From Octopus vulgaris (taxonomy: Eukaryota): 64,000 nucleotides of DNA. Both the position numbers and the translations under genes were made by a program. The notes under the pieces are model-generated. The model did not search any database and was not told the DNA's origin. It saw only the letters and a list, made by a program, of their open reading frames with translations. The stretch's first letter is position 1, and every line of letters starts with the position of its first letter. The stretch lies in NCBI GenBank assembly GCA_951406725.2, contig OX597817.1:125364001-125428000 (forward strand). The letters run 5' to 3'. Below are positions 38,940 to 53,200 of the stretch, one piece after another.

Positions 38940-39420
38940 ATTATCACATAGCGTAATGTTCAATCAGTTCTGTATATCTTCTTCTATATCTTCAATGCCA
39001 AATTTAATGAATTTGTTATTCCATCACAAGTTTCTCTTATCCTTTATTTTCTTTTGTCCTCCCCAACTCTCCATTTCCTTGCCTAGCCTTCTTCTGTTTT
39101 TCCACACTTGATTGGATATTTGAGGAACACCTGTGATTATTCTGGTTATCTCAGTTGATTGGCTAGAGTGAGGTGCATCTTGAAATAAAAATGTTCATGA
39201 CCAAGATCTTGGAAAACCACATCTAGTATGCGAGTTCCATAACAGCATCCACTTTGCTCACACTGCAAGTTACTGACACTTTCTTACCTTTTTAAAATGA
39301 AAATTGAGAGGTGTGAATAATGTCCGTTTTGGCTTTTCCCTTTCAGGGTGATCCCAAGTGTGCAAAATATAATCTATCTTGTTACAAGTTCACATTGAAC
39401 AAAGTTGAAATGTCAAGTAT
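38940..39420 (-). pseudogene. Decayed RTE-like LINE fragment
   Basis: YFAHLGS..KAK remnant (F.YLGS...KA) and a G.R..GR-like end. Confidence 0.35.
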
Positions 39421-39714
39421 CAAATGAGTGCACATGTTCATGAAAGAGACAGGAGTTAGCTACATATTAGAATACTGGAAATGTAGTGTCAACAAACACC
39501 AAATGAACGATTATGTGCTTGCACGCACGTGTGTGTGTGTGTGTGTTCAATGAGTGTTGCAAATGCAACTGCTAATACTCTGCACAGGAGAAACACGTGC
39601 TGGTCATTTCTAAACCAATTATTCTGTATAATTAACTGTAAAAATAAAAATAAGAATTAAAAATGAGCAGATGTACCAGTCTCTGTATTCATTGTAATTA
39701 TCATATATATATAC

Positions 39715-39770
<56 letters not shown>

Positions 39771-39781
39771 GTATATATATG

Positions 39782-39812
<31 letters not shown>

Positions 39813-42078
39813 GTGAGTGTGGGGGGGTGCATACAGACACACACACATTTATATACTCATACATCTATGTTGAGATATATGTATCTATATTTTACTTTTT
39901 GCCTACCAATTTTACTTACAATGTAATGATCAACCCATAGTAGACGACACCAGCTGTCACTGTCCATTGAGCATGATTGAATTCCTGCCCATATGTTTCA
40001 AAAGTAGATATATTTTCTTTCCAGCCACGCATGCACCTATTCTTAATCACACAGTCATGCTTGATTATGTTGTTGAGTCAATGAATATATCTTCTTTAAA
40101 CAAATGATAATATAAATGTTATAAAACTGAGCTGATGTTTACCAGAGAAATCAGGGCAGGAGCTAGAGTGAGAAAATCTAAGATGGATAGTTAATCAATT
40201 GTGCGAACAGATAATGATATTTTGGTGTTATTCACTAGACTTTAGGGAAATAAGATAAATTGTGCCATAGTCTACTAAAAGATATTACTCTCAGTGCAAT
40301 AAGCAAATTTCATAGAATGGTTTTTGTCATAATTTTGCTTCACTAATTTGGACAGTAGGCACATGCATCTTATCAAATCACTAAGAGAAAGTGAAATGAT
40401 TCTTCTGGGTTTACTCAGCTCATTGTTCATAATATACAATACATAACTATTCATATAAGTTATTTAAAATGTGATACAATGGTCTTAACTGAAAATAATA
40501 TCATTATCAGATAATAACCAACTGGAATTAGTTACCATGAGAAATAGTAAAGTCAGAGGAGTCATGTAACCATTTAGATGTAGTCTTGATTAGTTAGCAA
40601 GCAATACATATTAAATAGCTTACTGATCTCGTACAAATCTTAGAAGATCTGGTGCATTACAAATGAATAATTATTTACAGGCTTTTGAATCTAAGTGATG
40701 GTATTCATTGAGAAGTAGGATGTGATTAAAGCAAAAGCAAGAATTATTTAGTGCAGTTCTTATAGTTGTTTGAATAATCGAACAATTACAGACATGACAG
40801 GGGATAAATCATTTCAACTGATCATTAACTGATCCAACTTTATTTCAGCATTTGAAAGAATGAACCAAAAAATTTTAAATTAGGAAAAAAGAAAATACAG
40901 TTTTGCAAGTGTATTTGAGAAATTCACTTACTATCCATATATATTCATATTCAGAACCCCTGCGTAGATTCTTAGACAAATGTCTTTTACTATAGTCTTG
41001 GGTTTGACCAAAGCCTTGTGATTTAGGCTTTGGGTTAGTGGGAGATCATGGTGTACCCCACTCTTTGTGATTTACTTTAATGGATATTTTCATGTAGCCC
41101 TGGGTCTAAAAAGTCAGAAAATTGATGTTGCCAGCAAAACAACTGGGATGGAAGACGTTTTGACCGCATCCACTTTTATAGCTGGGGGCAGAAAATTAGG
41201 GGCATGGAAAATTCAAACAGCACTAATTTTACAACTGATAGCTAAAATATTTCAAATGACCACTTAAAATGATTGCTTCATCAAGATCTATAAGTTCATG
41301 TAAATGGTAAACAAATTTATTCTGTAAAAAGGTCACCAGAGGTCAAAAGGTCATGAACGTTGACCTTTACCAAAATATCTCACATTCACAAGTTTTATTT
41401 ATCATCAAGACAATATAACGTTTTTTTTATTGAAAATTAATCAAAACAAAGGTTTGCATGTACTTTTGATACCAGAACTAATAAAAACTTGAAAAGAAGT
41501 AGTGTTTACTCTGTGGAATGTGAGATATTTCTGCACTTTTACATACTGTTTTGTACTTATTGCTGAATAAGTAGAATAGAAGTAGGGAAAAATCTAGCAA
41601 GGGGTACTTTGGAATCTTTCCTTGAATTATTGCAAATTACCACAGAAGATGATATTTGAGCTGATCTATAAAATGAACCCTCAAATTATGCAAATATTTT
41701 CATCAAAGGTTGTTGAAGTCAAAAGTAAACAAAAGTTGACCCTTCCCACACCATAGCAGTTTGTTATACATGGCTGTTATGGAAATGTGCCATATAATTT
41801 TAATATTGAAAAAATGCCCGCTTGTATAATACTTTCTATCTCTCAAGTTTAAACAAAATCCATTTCAAGTATTGTGGCAGTTACCTTCCTTCCTGGTAGG
41901 TATATACATAAAATTAAAACAATGGATGTATGAGCTTGCTTTATAGTTCAGTTAGAAATCTCAGTTGAACGCCCTTTGGATCATAAAAATTTGAATTTGA
42001 ATCTCTGCAATGAGTCCTGAGCTTCTCAGCCATTATTAGGATTTTGCTGTGTCTATTTCTTTTCTGTTCAGTTTAACC

Positions 42079-42125
<47 letters not shown>

Positions 42126-42165
42126 CCATCATTTTTATCATTATTATTATCGTTATTATTTATTA

Positions 42166-42218
<53 letters not shown>

Positions 42219-42252
42219 GTTATTACTATTACTATTATTATTATTATTATCA

Positions 42253-42298
<46 letters not shown>

Positions 42299-42305
42299 CA
42301 TTATT
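42079..42305. repeat. Compound (CAT)n/(TAT)n microsatellite
   Basis: Direct reading. Confidence 0.95.
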
Positions 42306-43032
42306 AAGATTACTGTTAGATTGGCTGATTATATAGCTCTGCTAATAAACTATCTAGTGGTACAAGTTACAGATCCTTATGTTCTAGTTTCCAATCCTAC
42401 TGAAATCATCCATTTCTCTTACCCTTCAGAGCTGAATAAAAAAAAAAAAAGTACTGCTTATGTACTGGAGCCAATTTTATTTGTTAGAGGCAACAATTAA
42501 ATTTCCTGATTTCAGTAGGGTTTTTTTTTCCTGTCCTTTCACAATAAAGCACAGAGTTGTTTCATTTTTGTGATTTTCTATTGCCCTAAGAATATACCAC
42601 ATATGTCTGCAGTTCCTAGTAATTTTTGGTATATAAGTTCTGGTGTTTTACATATATATTCTTGCATCTTTTCTAATTACTCCCAAGGCAGCTATTACTC
42701 TGGTAATGATTTTGTTTAACAACCCCCTCATTCAGGATATCTTTACATTCTGATCTATATATTTGAATTGTTTCTCCCTTTTATGTATCTATATATTTTT
42801 GTATGTTAGAAATATCACACACATTGCTGATTCTTTTACTGATTTCTGTTATTGATTCCAGTATATATTTGAGTGTGGTTCTTTTTTTTTTTTTACTGAT
42901 ATCTAGTGCCAAATCATTAAGTTTACCTTTTTTAACATCAGTTGTTTATTTTTATTTTTGTTTTATTTTGTTTCATGGGATAAACCTTAATACAGGCACA
43001 AAAACATACATATACAAACACACAAACACATG

Positions 43033-43091
<59 letters not shown>

Positions 43092-43152
43092 GTGTGTGTG
43101 TATGTGATGGCGTATAGCCATTGTTTTATTATTTTACTTATGTAGTGTGGGA

Positions 43153-43350
43153 ATTGTTTGGCAGTGATGTTGTACAATTAAAAATCAAGCATTTCCTGTT
43201 CAGCCTTTAGTCCAGACTAGAGCTTTCGAACCATAGTTGATTTAGTCCTTTCAGTCAAGTCTTGTAGTATACAGTATTTGACATGGGTGTATTTATGCCT
43301 CCATTTTACTGAATCTAATTATGATGGTATTTTAATTAATTTGACTCTTT
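43153..43350 (+). repeat. 198-bp near-identical direct repeat, copy 1 (copy 2 at 46271-46468)
   Basis: Only about 4 substitutions seen by eye. Confidence 0.9.
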
Positions 43351-43421
43351 GCATAGCTTTGGTATATTTGTCTAATTGTAGATTTAATTTGATAATACAT
43401 CTAGTCATAATACATCACTCC

Positions 43422-43585
43422 AGGTGCAGGAGTGGCTGTGTGGTAAGTAGCTTGCTAACCAACCACATGGTTCCGGGTACAGTCCCACTGCGTGGCATCT
43501 TGGGCAAGTGTCTTCTGCTATAGCCCCGGGCCGACCAATGCCTTTTGAGTGGATTTGGTAGACAGAAACTGAAAGAAGCCTGTTG

Positions 43586-43618
<33 letters not shown>

Positions 43619-43814
43619 TTGTGTGTCTAGCATTGCTTGACAACTTATGCTGGTGTGTTTACGTCTCCGTCACTTAGCGATTTGACAAAAGAGACCGATA
43701 GAATAAGTACTGGGCTTATAAAGAGTAAGTCCTGGGGTCGATTTGCTCAACTAAAGGCGGTGCTCCAGCATGACCACAGTCAAATGACTGAAACAAGTAA
43801 AAGAGAGTAAAGAG
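43422..43814 (+). mobile_element. Family A SINE
   Basis: Full-length family match. Confidence 0.9.
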
Positions 43815-44135
43815 ACTAGTCAATACTGTGATTTTTACATTCAATTTTTGTCATATTTATATTGGTTGTTGGAGCTATCGCAGACAGTATTTTTATGGGT
43901 AGCTGCTCTATTGGATGTCACTGCTTTTTGTTGCTACATACGACTTGAGGGATATGTATACCTATTCTAAAATCCAGTATACACATGTTATACTGCTATT
44001 TTATACTCATTTACATTACTGAGCTGTATAGCAGAAGTGATGGACCACATTATATGATGTCTTGTATACTCCTGTTTCTTCTAACTTTAACACATGACCG
44101 TTGCTTTTTCCTTCCAGCTAAACATTTTAGTACTT

Positions 44136-44766
44136 TAGAAAATTACTATTTGTAAATCTCACAATGAGAGATATTCAGCAACAGTACTTTAGAGTAAAGA
44201 TTGTTTGCCAACAAAACATGGCAGTCCTGGTTTAGGATGAATGTTGCTGTAATTTAGCCCCAGGAGACATCGTCTCCAGCTGGCTATATGACATGATGTG
44301 TGTCTATATATTTTTAAACAAGGGAATCTAGCATCCCATCCCAACTCAGCTCAAGACGATATTTGTGTATCGTGCTTTCCAGGTTATTTCCCTTCATCAG
44401 CACAGAATAATTGTTCAGCTAGGTTTGGCGCTGCCAAAATCCCATTCGAAATATATAGTTTTCAAAGTGACAACTAGCCACTGATCTATAAATTAGAAAA
44501 TTACTATTTGTAAATCTTACAATGAGAGATATTCAGCAACAGTACTTTGGAGTAAATATTACAGCAACATTTGCCCTAAACCAGGACTACCATGTTATGT
44601 TGGCAAATAATCTTTACTCCAAAGTAGTGTTGCTGAATATCTCTCAATATAAGGACACAGATTATGTCATATAGCCAACTGGAGACGATGTATCCTGGGG
44701 CTAAATCACAGCAACATTCGTCCTAAACCAGGACTGCCATGTTAGGTTGGCAAATAATCTTTACTC
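44136..44766. mobile_element. Tandem-plus-inverted non-coding retroelement with a hammerhead-like motif and 13-bp TSD
   Basis: TSD cattttagtactt at 44123-44135 and 44767-44779. 358-bp period (44135/44493). Inverted pieces at 44558-44766. Minus strand tgtg CTGATGA agggaaataacctg GAAA gcacga TA caca (44364-44404). Confidence 0.8.
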
Positions 44767-44862
44767 CATTTTAGTACTTGTCAAGTATTGAGGATGACTA
44801 AATCAACTGTTTTTTCCACAAAAAAAACCCCAAACGAACAAAATCCCCTAGCCTTGAATCTA

Positions 44863-46026
44863 CACTGGCCAAAATAAGTTTAAGACCAATGATGACGGTT
44901 CTATTCCTTCATTAATATATCTTCAATAAAACCATATAAAATTATTTTACTTTTTACAGTTTATGTAGAATTTGTTCCTCTCTCGAATGATATTGGTATT
45001 ATATATCTTTCTACAATTTGAATAATTTTAATGTGCAATTAATTCAAATGATTAGAAAGTGTTGGCAAAATAAGTTTAAGTTTAAAATCATACCAAAATT
45101 ATGCAAATTGATAAACCAAATGGTTTGTCATATGGATGGTCGTACTGCACTGTTCTGTTTAATAATTGAGCAGTGTTACACATTAATTTGCTATGGAAAA
45201 GCGTTGTAGTATCAGCCCAATTACTAGATCAAAGATAGCGGTGCTTCATCCGTAATATGTATCCTTCTTGAACATTAGCAATCGATTAGGATGCAGCAAA
45301 ACGGCTTGTGTTCAAGTACAGAAGCTTTACCAAGCCACTGGCCAATACAAAGATCAGCAAAGAATGGGTGCTCTGAAAAAAACAACAGTACAGATGGATC
45401 GGCAAATTCATAGGCTCTCTGAAGGTAATGAAATGCTAATGACATGGACATTTGTAAGCAATTATCTGATGAAACTGACATCAGCTTTATCCCACAAACT
45501 GTCAGAAACCGCCTAAAAAGAATTTGGACTGTTCAGCTGGATCGCTCAAAAGAAGCCGATAGTTTCTGAGACAAACTGGCAGAAGCAGACCAAGTTTACT
45601 AAAAACCATATCCTTTTCTACTCTAGTGGGAGGGGCCAGTCGATTAGATTGACCCCAGTACACAACTGGTACTTAATTTAGCGACCACAAAAGGATGAAA
45701 GGCAAAGTCGACCTCAGCGGAATTTGAACTCAGAACGTAAAATAGCTCTAAGCATTTTGCCCGCATGCTAACATTTTTGCCAGCTCACCGCCTTCTAAAA
45801 TCCATATTTGATGGACGGCTGAAGACTGGTCAAAAGTTCTTTAGAGTGATTGCGCATTAAATTTATTCAAATTGTAGAAAGATATAAAATGCTTGCATCA
45901 TTCAAAAAAAGGAAAAAATTCTACATAAACTTTAAAAAGTAAAATAATTTTATATGCTTTTGTTAAGAATAAATTAATGAAGGAATATAACTGTCATCAT
46001 TGGTCTGAAGCTGATTTTGGCCGGTG
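44863..46026 (+). mobile_element. Internally deleted Tc1-like transposon
   Basis: TA-flanked ~115-bp imperfect TIRs cactggccaaaat / attttggccggtg. HTH remnants ISNRLGCSKTA..ATG..KKTT..DR, KKP and WTAEDWSKVL*SD. Confidence 0.8.
45612..45795 (-). mobile_element. Family C SINE nested in the Tc1 element
   Basis: Core ctggtacttaatttagcgacc..aaaggatgaaaggcaaagtcgacctc. Approximate TSD taaaa(a/t)ccatat. Confidence 0.8.
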
Positions 46027-46270
46027 TAAGTTAGAAATAATCACTATTGTTATTATTAATAGTATAATTATTATTTCAATGGAAAATATGAAGGTGACAA
46101 GCTGGAAGGATCATTAGCATACCAGACAAGATGCTTTTGATGCATTTCTCTTGGCTTTAGGATGCGAGTTCAAATTCTACTGAGGTCAACTTTGGGGCTG
46201 ATGAAATAAGTACCAACTGAGAATTGGAGATCAATATAAACAACAAGTCTCCTTCCGCATAATCTCTGGC

Positions 46271-46468
46271 ATTGTTTGGCAGTGATGTTGTGCAATTAAA
46301 AATCAAGCATTTCCTGTTCACCCTTTAGTCCAGACCAGAGCTTTCGAACCATAGTTGATTTAGTCCTTTCAGTCAAATCTTGTAGTATACAGTATTTGAC
46401 ATGGGTGTATTTATGCCTCCATTTTACTGAATCTAATTATGATGGTATTTTAATTAATTTGACTCTTT
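46271..46468 (+). repeat. 198-bp direct repeat, copy 2, at the 3' part of a decayed family C SINE
   Basis: Matches 43153-43350. Confidence 0.9.
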
Positions 46469-48680
46469 ACAATGCAAAGTTGGAAAAATATAAGATTATT
46501 TAGTAGTGTCCCTTTATGATCTAAATAGAATCTTCCACCACTGTAAATTTACATATCAATCTTCAAATGCAGACAAATACCAATCAAGCACTTAGCTCAA
46601 ATTTTTCTTTCCCTAACATCTGTGAGCTTGTGTTACCTTTAGAAAGCATTATCATTATTATCATTGATTTCTCCAACTGCTATTATTTTAGAATTTCACC
46701 ACTATTAGCACCTATTTATCTGTCTCATGAAGCATGATGTTATTATAATTATTCAAGTTACACTCTATTTTCTTTAAAAGTGGTTGTTATTGTTGTCACT
46801 GTTGTTGAAGAGTCGTTGGAATAAGTTTATTCATTGTTTTCATATTTTGAAAATCCATTAGTATATATAATATTACAAAGAATGCATTACCGGTTGTTTA
46901 ACATTCTAGGCTTCAATTATAATAGATTTTATATGGCCTCGTGGCAAATATTCTATAGCTTTACTCAAATCCCGAGCATTTCCTTTATTTAGATTTAAAA
47001 AATTACATAAACTTTTATATAAAATCTATTTTGTTTTCTTGTGTACTGTACATTTAGGATTTCTGTTTATATATTGTCAATTTATTTCTTTATTTGCTTG
47101 TTTGTGTATACCAAATTTACATAGAAATTTATTAATATAATAGATAAAAGAAAATTTTGTTAGACAATTAATGTATCTAGCTATAATCAAGCATTTAGAA
47201 ACATTTCTACAGATGATGGTGATGAATTTACAGAAACCATAGAGCATCAAAGTGTTTTAAGGTATGTAGTTTCATACATCTACATTTTAAGTTCAAATCC
47301 CATTGAGGTTAATTTGTCTTTTATCCCCCTATTAACCACTATACTGATCATAACATTTGATTAAGTAATATGTAACTGTCACTCTTATTACACCAAAATC
47401 ACCAGAACCATGAATAAAACATATATAAAATAACAGAAACAAACAATAATAAATACTAAAGCAACTCGTTCATTATCATAACGGACAACTTGTCTATTGT
47501 ACAATGTTTAGTTGAAAAGGAAAGTAACATTTATATTTCCCATTAGAAAACATTAAAGTAATTATTTAGTTGTTGAAAAATTAATAAATATAATAAAGTG
47601 GTTGATTGTCAGTGGTAAAATACATGAAACCAAGTTCTAAATACTCTTGATAGATTAATTAAAGCATGAAGTTATAAACTTAAAGAATAAAAGTTATAAT
47701 ATTTAAACTTGCACAAGAATTTAATAACGACCTGATACATATGTATGTGAGTGTGTGTGGGTGAGAATCGTATAATATATGCAATGGTTCTAATTGCTAA
47801 TAAGCCACCCTTTTCATATGTTGTTTACACTTTTACCAATCAGCACATATTTTCAACGGTTTTGACACAGGTAATTAAGTTTAACTCTAGGCATTATGAG
47901 GATTAAGATGGTCTACATCAAAATCCAAAATTGCAATCTGATTATGTACGCTGGGGAGTTACCTTCTTTTGTCAATCATTAAGCTCAGTGCTTTTGTGGT
48001 TTAGGAGATGTTTTAACTCTTATTTTTAGTAAAGTGCTCATCAGCACCATCTGTCAGTTTTGTGACTTCTATTCAGCTATGCTAGAAAGAAGAGTCAACT
48101 CTCCAAAGCTACATATTTCTCCCTATATACAAAACACACATGGTTAATGTAGTGAATATCAGAAAAAATAGCCCCCAGTATCAATTGATTTCATCTTTTT
48201 TGCCAAGCACTTAGGATCATCAGTTGAGCTTACTTCGTACAGGTATCCTTTCAAAATATATACACTATACCATTCTGTTCATTTGAATACCCACCATGAC
48301 ATTCGAAAATGAACAATAGTGGGTAAGTAAAATTTAGAAAATAAGATATCATTATTTTTTAAAATGATAATGATAAAGTGGCCAGCAAGTTTAACCAGTA
48401 TAGGTAAATATACATAAACATTTAGAGGTATAAAAATACATACCTAGAAAGAAGAGTCAACTCTCCAAAGCCACAAATTTCTCACTATAAACAAAACATG
48501 CATGGTTAATGTAGTGAACATAAGAAAAAAATAGCCCTTACCTTTGCAAAAAACATGAAGAAAAGAACAGTCATCTCGGTATCAACTGATTTCACCTTTA
48601 GTGCATGTATCTGTGTGTGTGTGTGTATATATAAAGATATATATACACACATATATGTATATGTATATATACAAAAAAAT

Positions 48681-48988
48681 CCCCTTTGGTCTTGAATGAG
48701 CATGGGACTGCACCAAGAAAGATACCCTCCAAGGCACATGTCTAGGGATGTTTGCTTGTGGAAGACCAGCAGTCACTCATGCATACCAGCCTCTCCTCTC
48801 CATGCCACTGGTGTTATCCAAGGAAAATGCAAAGGTCGATGCAGCTTGGTACTAATGATGTCACAACTCATTTCACAAGCTGATTGAACTGTTGTTATTG
48901 TGAAATAACAACACAACACACAGCTTGGTCTCGGAACCAAACTCACTACCTCATGATTGTGAGCCCAATGCTCTAACCACTGAGCCAT
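48681..48988 (-). mobile_element. SINE of the same family as 5061-5399
   Basis: Reverse-complement similarity along the length. Confidence 0.8.
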
Positions 48989-48998
48989 ATATATATAT

Positions 48999-49056
<58 letters not shown>

Positions 49057-49057
<1 letters not shown>

Positions 49058-49745
49058 TTAATGTCTGTTTTCCATGCTGACATGGGTTAAGATGGTTTAC
49101 CTGAGACTGGTAATCTGGAGGGCTGCACCAGGTTCCAGTCTTATTTGGCATGATTTCTACGACCGTTCCTAATGCCAGCCACTCCGAGAGAATAATGGGT
49201 GGGTTTTACATGCCACTGGTACAGGTGCCATTTACATGACACCAGCCAAGGCCATGAGTATGATTTCTCAAGCACAGCATATCATCAATGGTCTCAGTGA
49301 CTTATCATCACCTCCTTGAGGTCCAACATTCGAAGATCATGCTTCCATCAATGACTACAATTATGATTTCACAGGTGCAATTCACATGACATTGACAATG
49401 GCCACAACTATGATTTAACTTGGCTTGATGAGTCTTCTGAAGCACAGCATATCGCTAAAGGCCTTAGTCACTTGTCATCACCTCTATTAGGCCCAACCTT
49501 TGAAGATCATGCTTCTCCATCTCGTTCCATGTATTCTTGGGTCTACCTCTTCCATAGGTTCCCTCTATGGTTAGAGATCAGCTCTTCTCTACACAGTTAT
49601 CCTCGTCTATAGGCATCATATGACCATGCAAGGGCATTCATCTCTCTTGCACATCATATCTGATGCTACTTAGGTCCAGTTTTAATCTCAAGACATTTAT
49701 GCTCTGTCATACATGCACATTGATATTGCACATCTAGTGAAGGCT
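49057..49745 (-). mobile_element. RTE-clade LINE 3' fragment with internal duplication and (GAT)n tail
   Basis: GRGRPK.TW-like codons (ggtagacccaagaatacatgg), a duplicated block at ~49250-49350 / ~49400-49520, and the tail at 49000-49056. Confidence 0.65.
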
Positions 49746-49899
49746 CATTCCATGAAATGGCATTCCTCTTCTTTAAAATCTAAGAATTTCAAGAGCCAGC
49801 AATAGGTATAGGAAATCATGGTGAATACTTTTGGGGAGAAGATAATAACATTATTCTAGAATGTCTTCTAGAATGTCACTGTAATATGAATAGTGAGTG

Positions 49900-50250
49900 A
49901 TACATTAAGACAGAGGAAAAGCTTAGAGGAGTTAGTTATTAGAAGAGACCAAACAATCACTTCAAAATTATCCACACACATCTTAACAATGCATGACACC
50001 ACATATCTTGGTAACAAATCAAGCAACTGTAAAACTGGACTAATCATTGGTATCCCATCTACCATTCATTCCAGATACGATGTTCACTGACTTCTGTCTA
50101 TCCAATCCAATAAAGGACAGTTCTGGGACACAGCATTTTGATGACACAGACAAATGGAAGTGGTTGTGAAATAGTGGATACTACAATGCACACCTGAATT
50201 TTTCCAAAGAGGATTCAAGATTTAAATTTAACGACAGTCCAAATGCATCA
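49900..50250 (+). pseudogene. Possible decayed PLE-type RT core
   Basis: GLIIGIPS (G..MGSP), HFDDT (Y.DD) and NAHLNFSKE in the expected order. Confidence 0.35.
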
Positions 50251-53200
50251 CTTGCAATAGCAACTATGTTGAAAAATACCTTTGTACACAGGAAGAATTA
50301 TTTGACCCACAAGTGCAATTTGAACAACATAAAAAAAGTTCTGTTTACTTTAGCATTACTTAGTATATATCTCTTGAAACGTTTCTCTTTTATTTTCTAC
50401 TTACTAACAGACGTCTATACCACTTCAGGCCAAAGTGGTACTATAAATAAATGTAGCAACTTAGCAAATATTCACTTCCAAAAGTTTATATTTATAGATT
50501 TGAATGCTACCGTAATTCTTTCAGAGAAAATGTCAGAATTTTCAATTCCAACATTAATAAAATAAAAGATTCAAGTTGAATATGTAAAAGTTGTGTTACA
50601 TATATGTTTTTGAATTAAAGTTATATGAGTGTTACATGTGTGGAGTAAAAAGGAAAATATTGCTGAGATAAAAGCAAGTGAAATCAACATATGTGACTTG
50701 GTGAAGAGATACATCAATTTGGTAGTTCAGTCAAGTAAAATATGTCTCATGCTAAGATCAGGTGAGTGAGAATGGAATAGCAATTTTTGCTTTGACTGAA
50801 CTCTGTGTGAAGGAAGAGGCAAGAATAGCTTGCTCCAGCTGAATTTGTCAAAGAAAGAGATAGAAATAACTTTTACTTCTGCTTATGTAACCTATGATTT
50901 GTGATAGACAGTTTGAATGCTCCAATGAACTGATGACAACTAGTGAACAACCAAAACTTCCTTTGGTTGCATGAGGGTTGCTATGTGTTAATAAAGTTTT
51001 TTTGTTAAAGTTTTGGCCTTCTTAAGAAATAAAATATATTGTTATGTCTTAAGAGAGTCAAAACAACAAAACTACAAAATAAATTAATGGTTTTCTTTGT
51101 TAGAGGGAGTCAATTCAGTACAAAGCTCCATCACCATCACAACTGGAACCCCACCACCTGTATAGAAAAAAGTAAAGTTTGTTAGAATGTCATGAAGAGA
51201 AAAAAAAATGTATTCTATACAACATTAGAAGGAAGTCTGAAAATATATATTAAAAATGGAAGATAATTAACACAAATGGAATTAAGTAAAAATATGAAAT
51301 AAGATACAAAAACTAGAAGAAAATAGAAAGAGAGTGATGTGATAAAAATGAAATCAGTTGTGACATTAAAAAGAGAGAAAAAAGATTAATAATGTAGCAT
51401 ATGACATGCTAGAATATTGCTCACATCATTTATTAAGTGTACCAATATATTTGGCTTTTGTTTTTTTTACTGACTGTTTATTCAAATTAATTTTGTCATG
51501 TGCATATGGAGATTATTACTTTGAAACTAAGAACCTTTTTGTTAGTTCAGCAGAGACAAATTATCTGGTTTAGTTTCATCCTTCAATGATCTGAGATTAA
51601 ATGCTGTTATGGTTTTAGATCATTATTTCCAGTTCACAGTTGTTGAAGGCAGTACCCTGTGCAATAAACTGTAGATATTTTCTCTTACTGCTTAGAGTGA
51701 CTGAGTTTATTTTGCTCAGTCTCCAATTTGTTAATTTTCAAAATGTGGAGGTTGTTCTCACCATGCTTTATAAAACTATTTTTCCTTTATATTTTAAGGT
51801 CTTGTATATTTTTCATTGTTCCAGAAAACATGATCATCTGTTGTATGCAAATTATGGATTTACTTTTTCTCCAAATTCAGCCACACTTTGATCTAAATTG
51901 TTTAGAACATATCCTGTAACACACACAGTAATGGAATAAGGGGGATAGACACTTTATTTTCAGTTAACCTAAATGGTCTTTAAATGTCATCTTTCTACTG
52001 TACTCATAAAGATATCATGTAGGCAGCTCAGTATGCTTTATTATAACAGAGCATGTTTTTAACTTGTAGTCTCGAACAATGGTATCATGTTGATTGCGAT
52101 GTAATTAAGTTATTGCATTTACTTATAGATTTTCCTCCACCTAGATTTTGAGGATATATTTTTCTTGAGACTTTGTAGACTGATACAATTCTTTATAACC
52201 ATTATTCTAAATATATTCTTTATTTGTGGCCACTTTTTGTATTGCACTTTATTTTAGACAACTTTGGTTACTCTACAAAGAAGGAAGCTTCTTATGCAAG
52301 TAAGTACAAAGTGATAAAGTGGTGAGATTGTTTTGTTATAGTTAAGATGATTCTAAGGAATTGTAAACATGAGGGTGAGTTACAACGTACACATGTAATA
52401 AGAATGTGTATATATATTCCCACTCATTCCATGGATGTGCATGTCTCTTCAATATACAAGTGTGCATGTCATTCTGCATGTATGTGTGTCTGTATGCTAC
52501 GTGCAAACATGTGATATTGGATATATTTTTATTCAAAGATACTCACATGAAGAATTTTTGGATGGTTTGCAAATTTTAATTGCACTACTTAACAATTGGA
52601 TTAAATGGATGTGAGACACTTTACTTTGTTCCTTCTTGGAGAAACATGGCATTTTCTGGCTTTTATGCAAATCTGATAGTATAAAGCCAAGTTCAGCTAT
52701 AATAATAGGTACAAATGAAAATCTCTAATTTGGATACAAAGAACTATAACATCCATATTAATTCTCCATATATATTCTCTTTTTCTATAACTTTTGGTGA
52801 GACATTCACATCCATTCAGTAACTGAGCTCTACAACAGTGCATGATTATTATTCCTTATTATACTGAACAAAGCACTGGATTTCTTTTATTTGGACATTT
52901 TCTGAGTATGTCTTTTATATTTCCTGCTTTTGTCATGCATTTCATATGACTGTGTGGAAACTTCTTCCTGTAGAAAACATTGAATATAGCTTTGCCAGTA
53001 ATATCATGTCCCAGATGAAGGTAATAGCTTTTCAGCATTTCCAGACAGCTGCAAATGATGTAGGTGATATCTTCCATACTGTTAAGCAACAATCAACATT
53101 TCTTATCTCAATATTCTTTAAACTGCAAGATATTTTTCTTGCTCACTTGTTGCACCTGGAGGCAAGAGAGATTTCCCATAAAATTTGAAAACCCTCTAAG

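Noticed and set aside
47213-47261. Apparent exon (ctacAG...AG|GTATGT)
   Set aside because: The sequence is the decayed head of a family C SINE.
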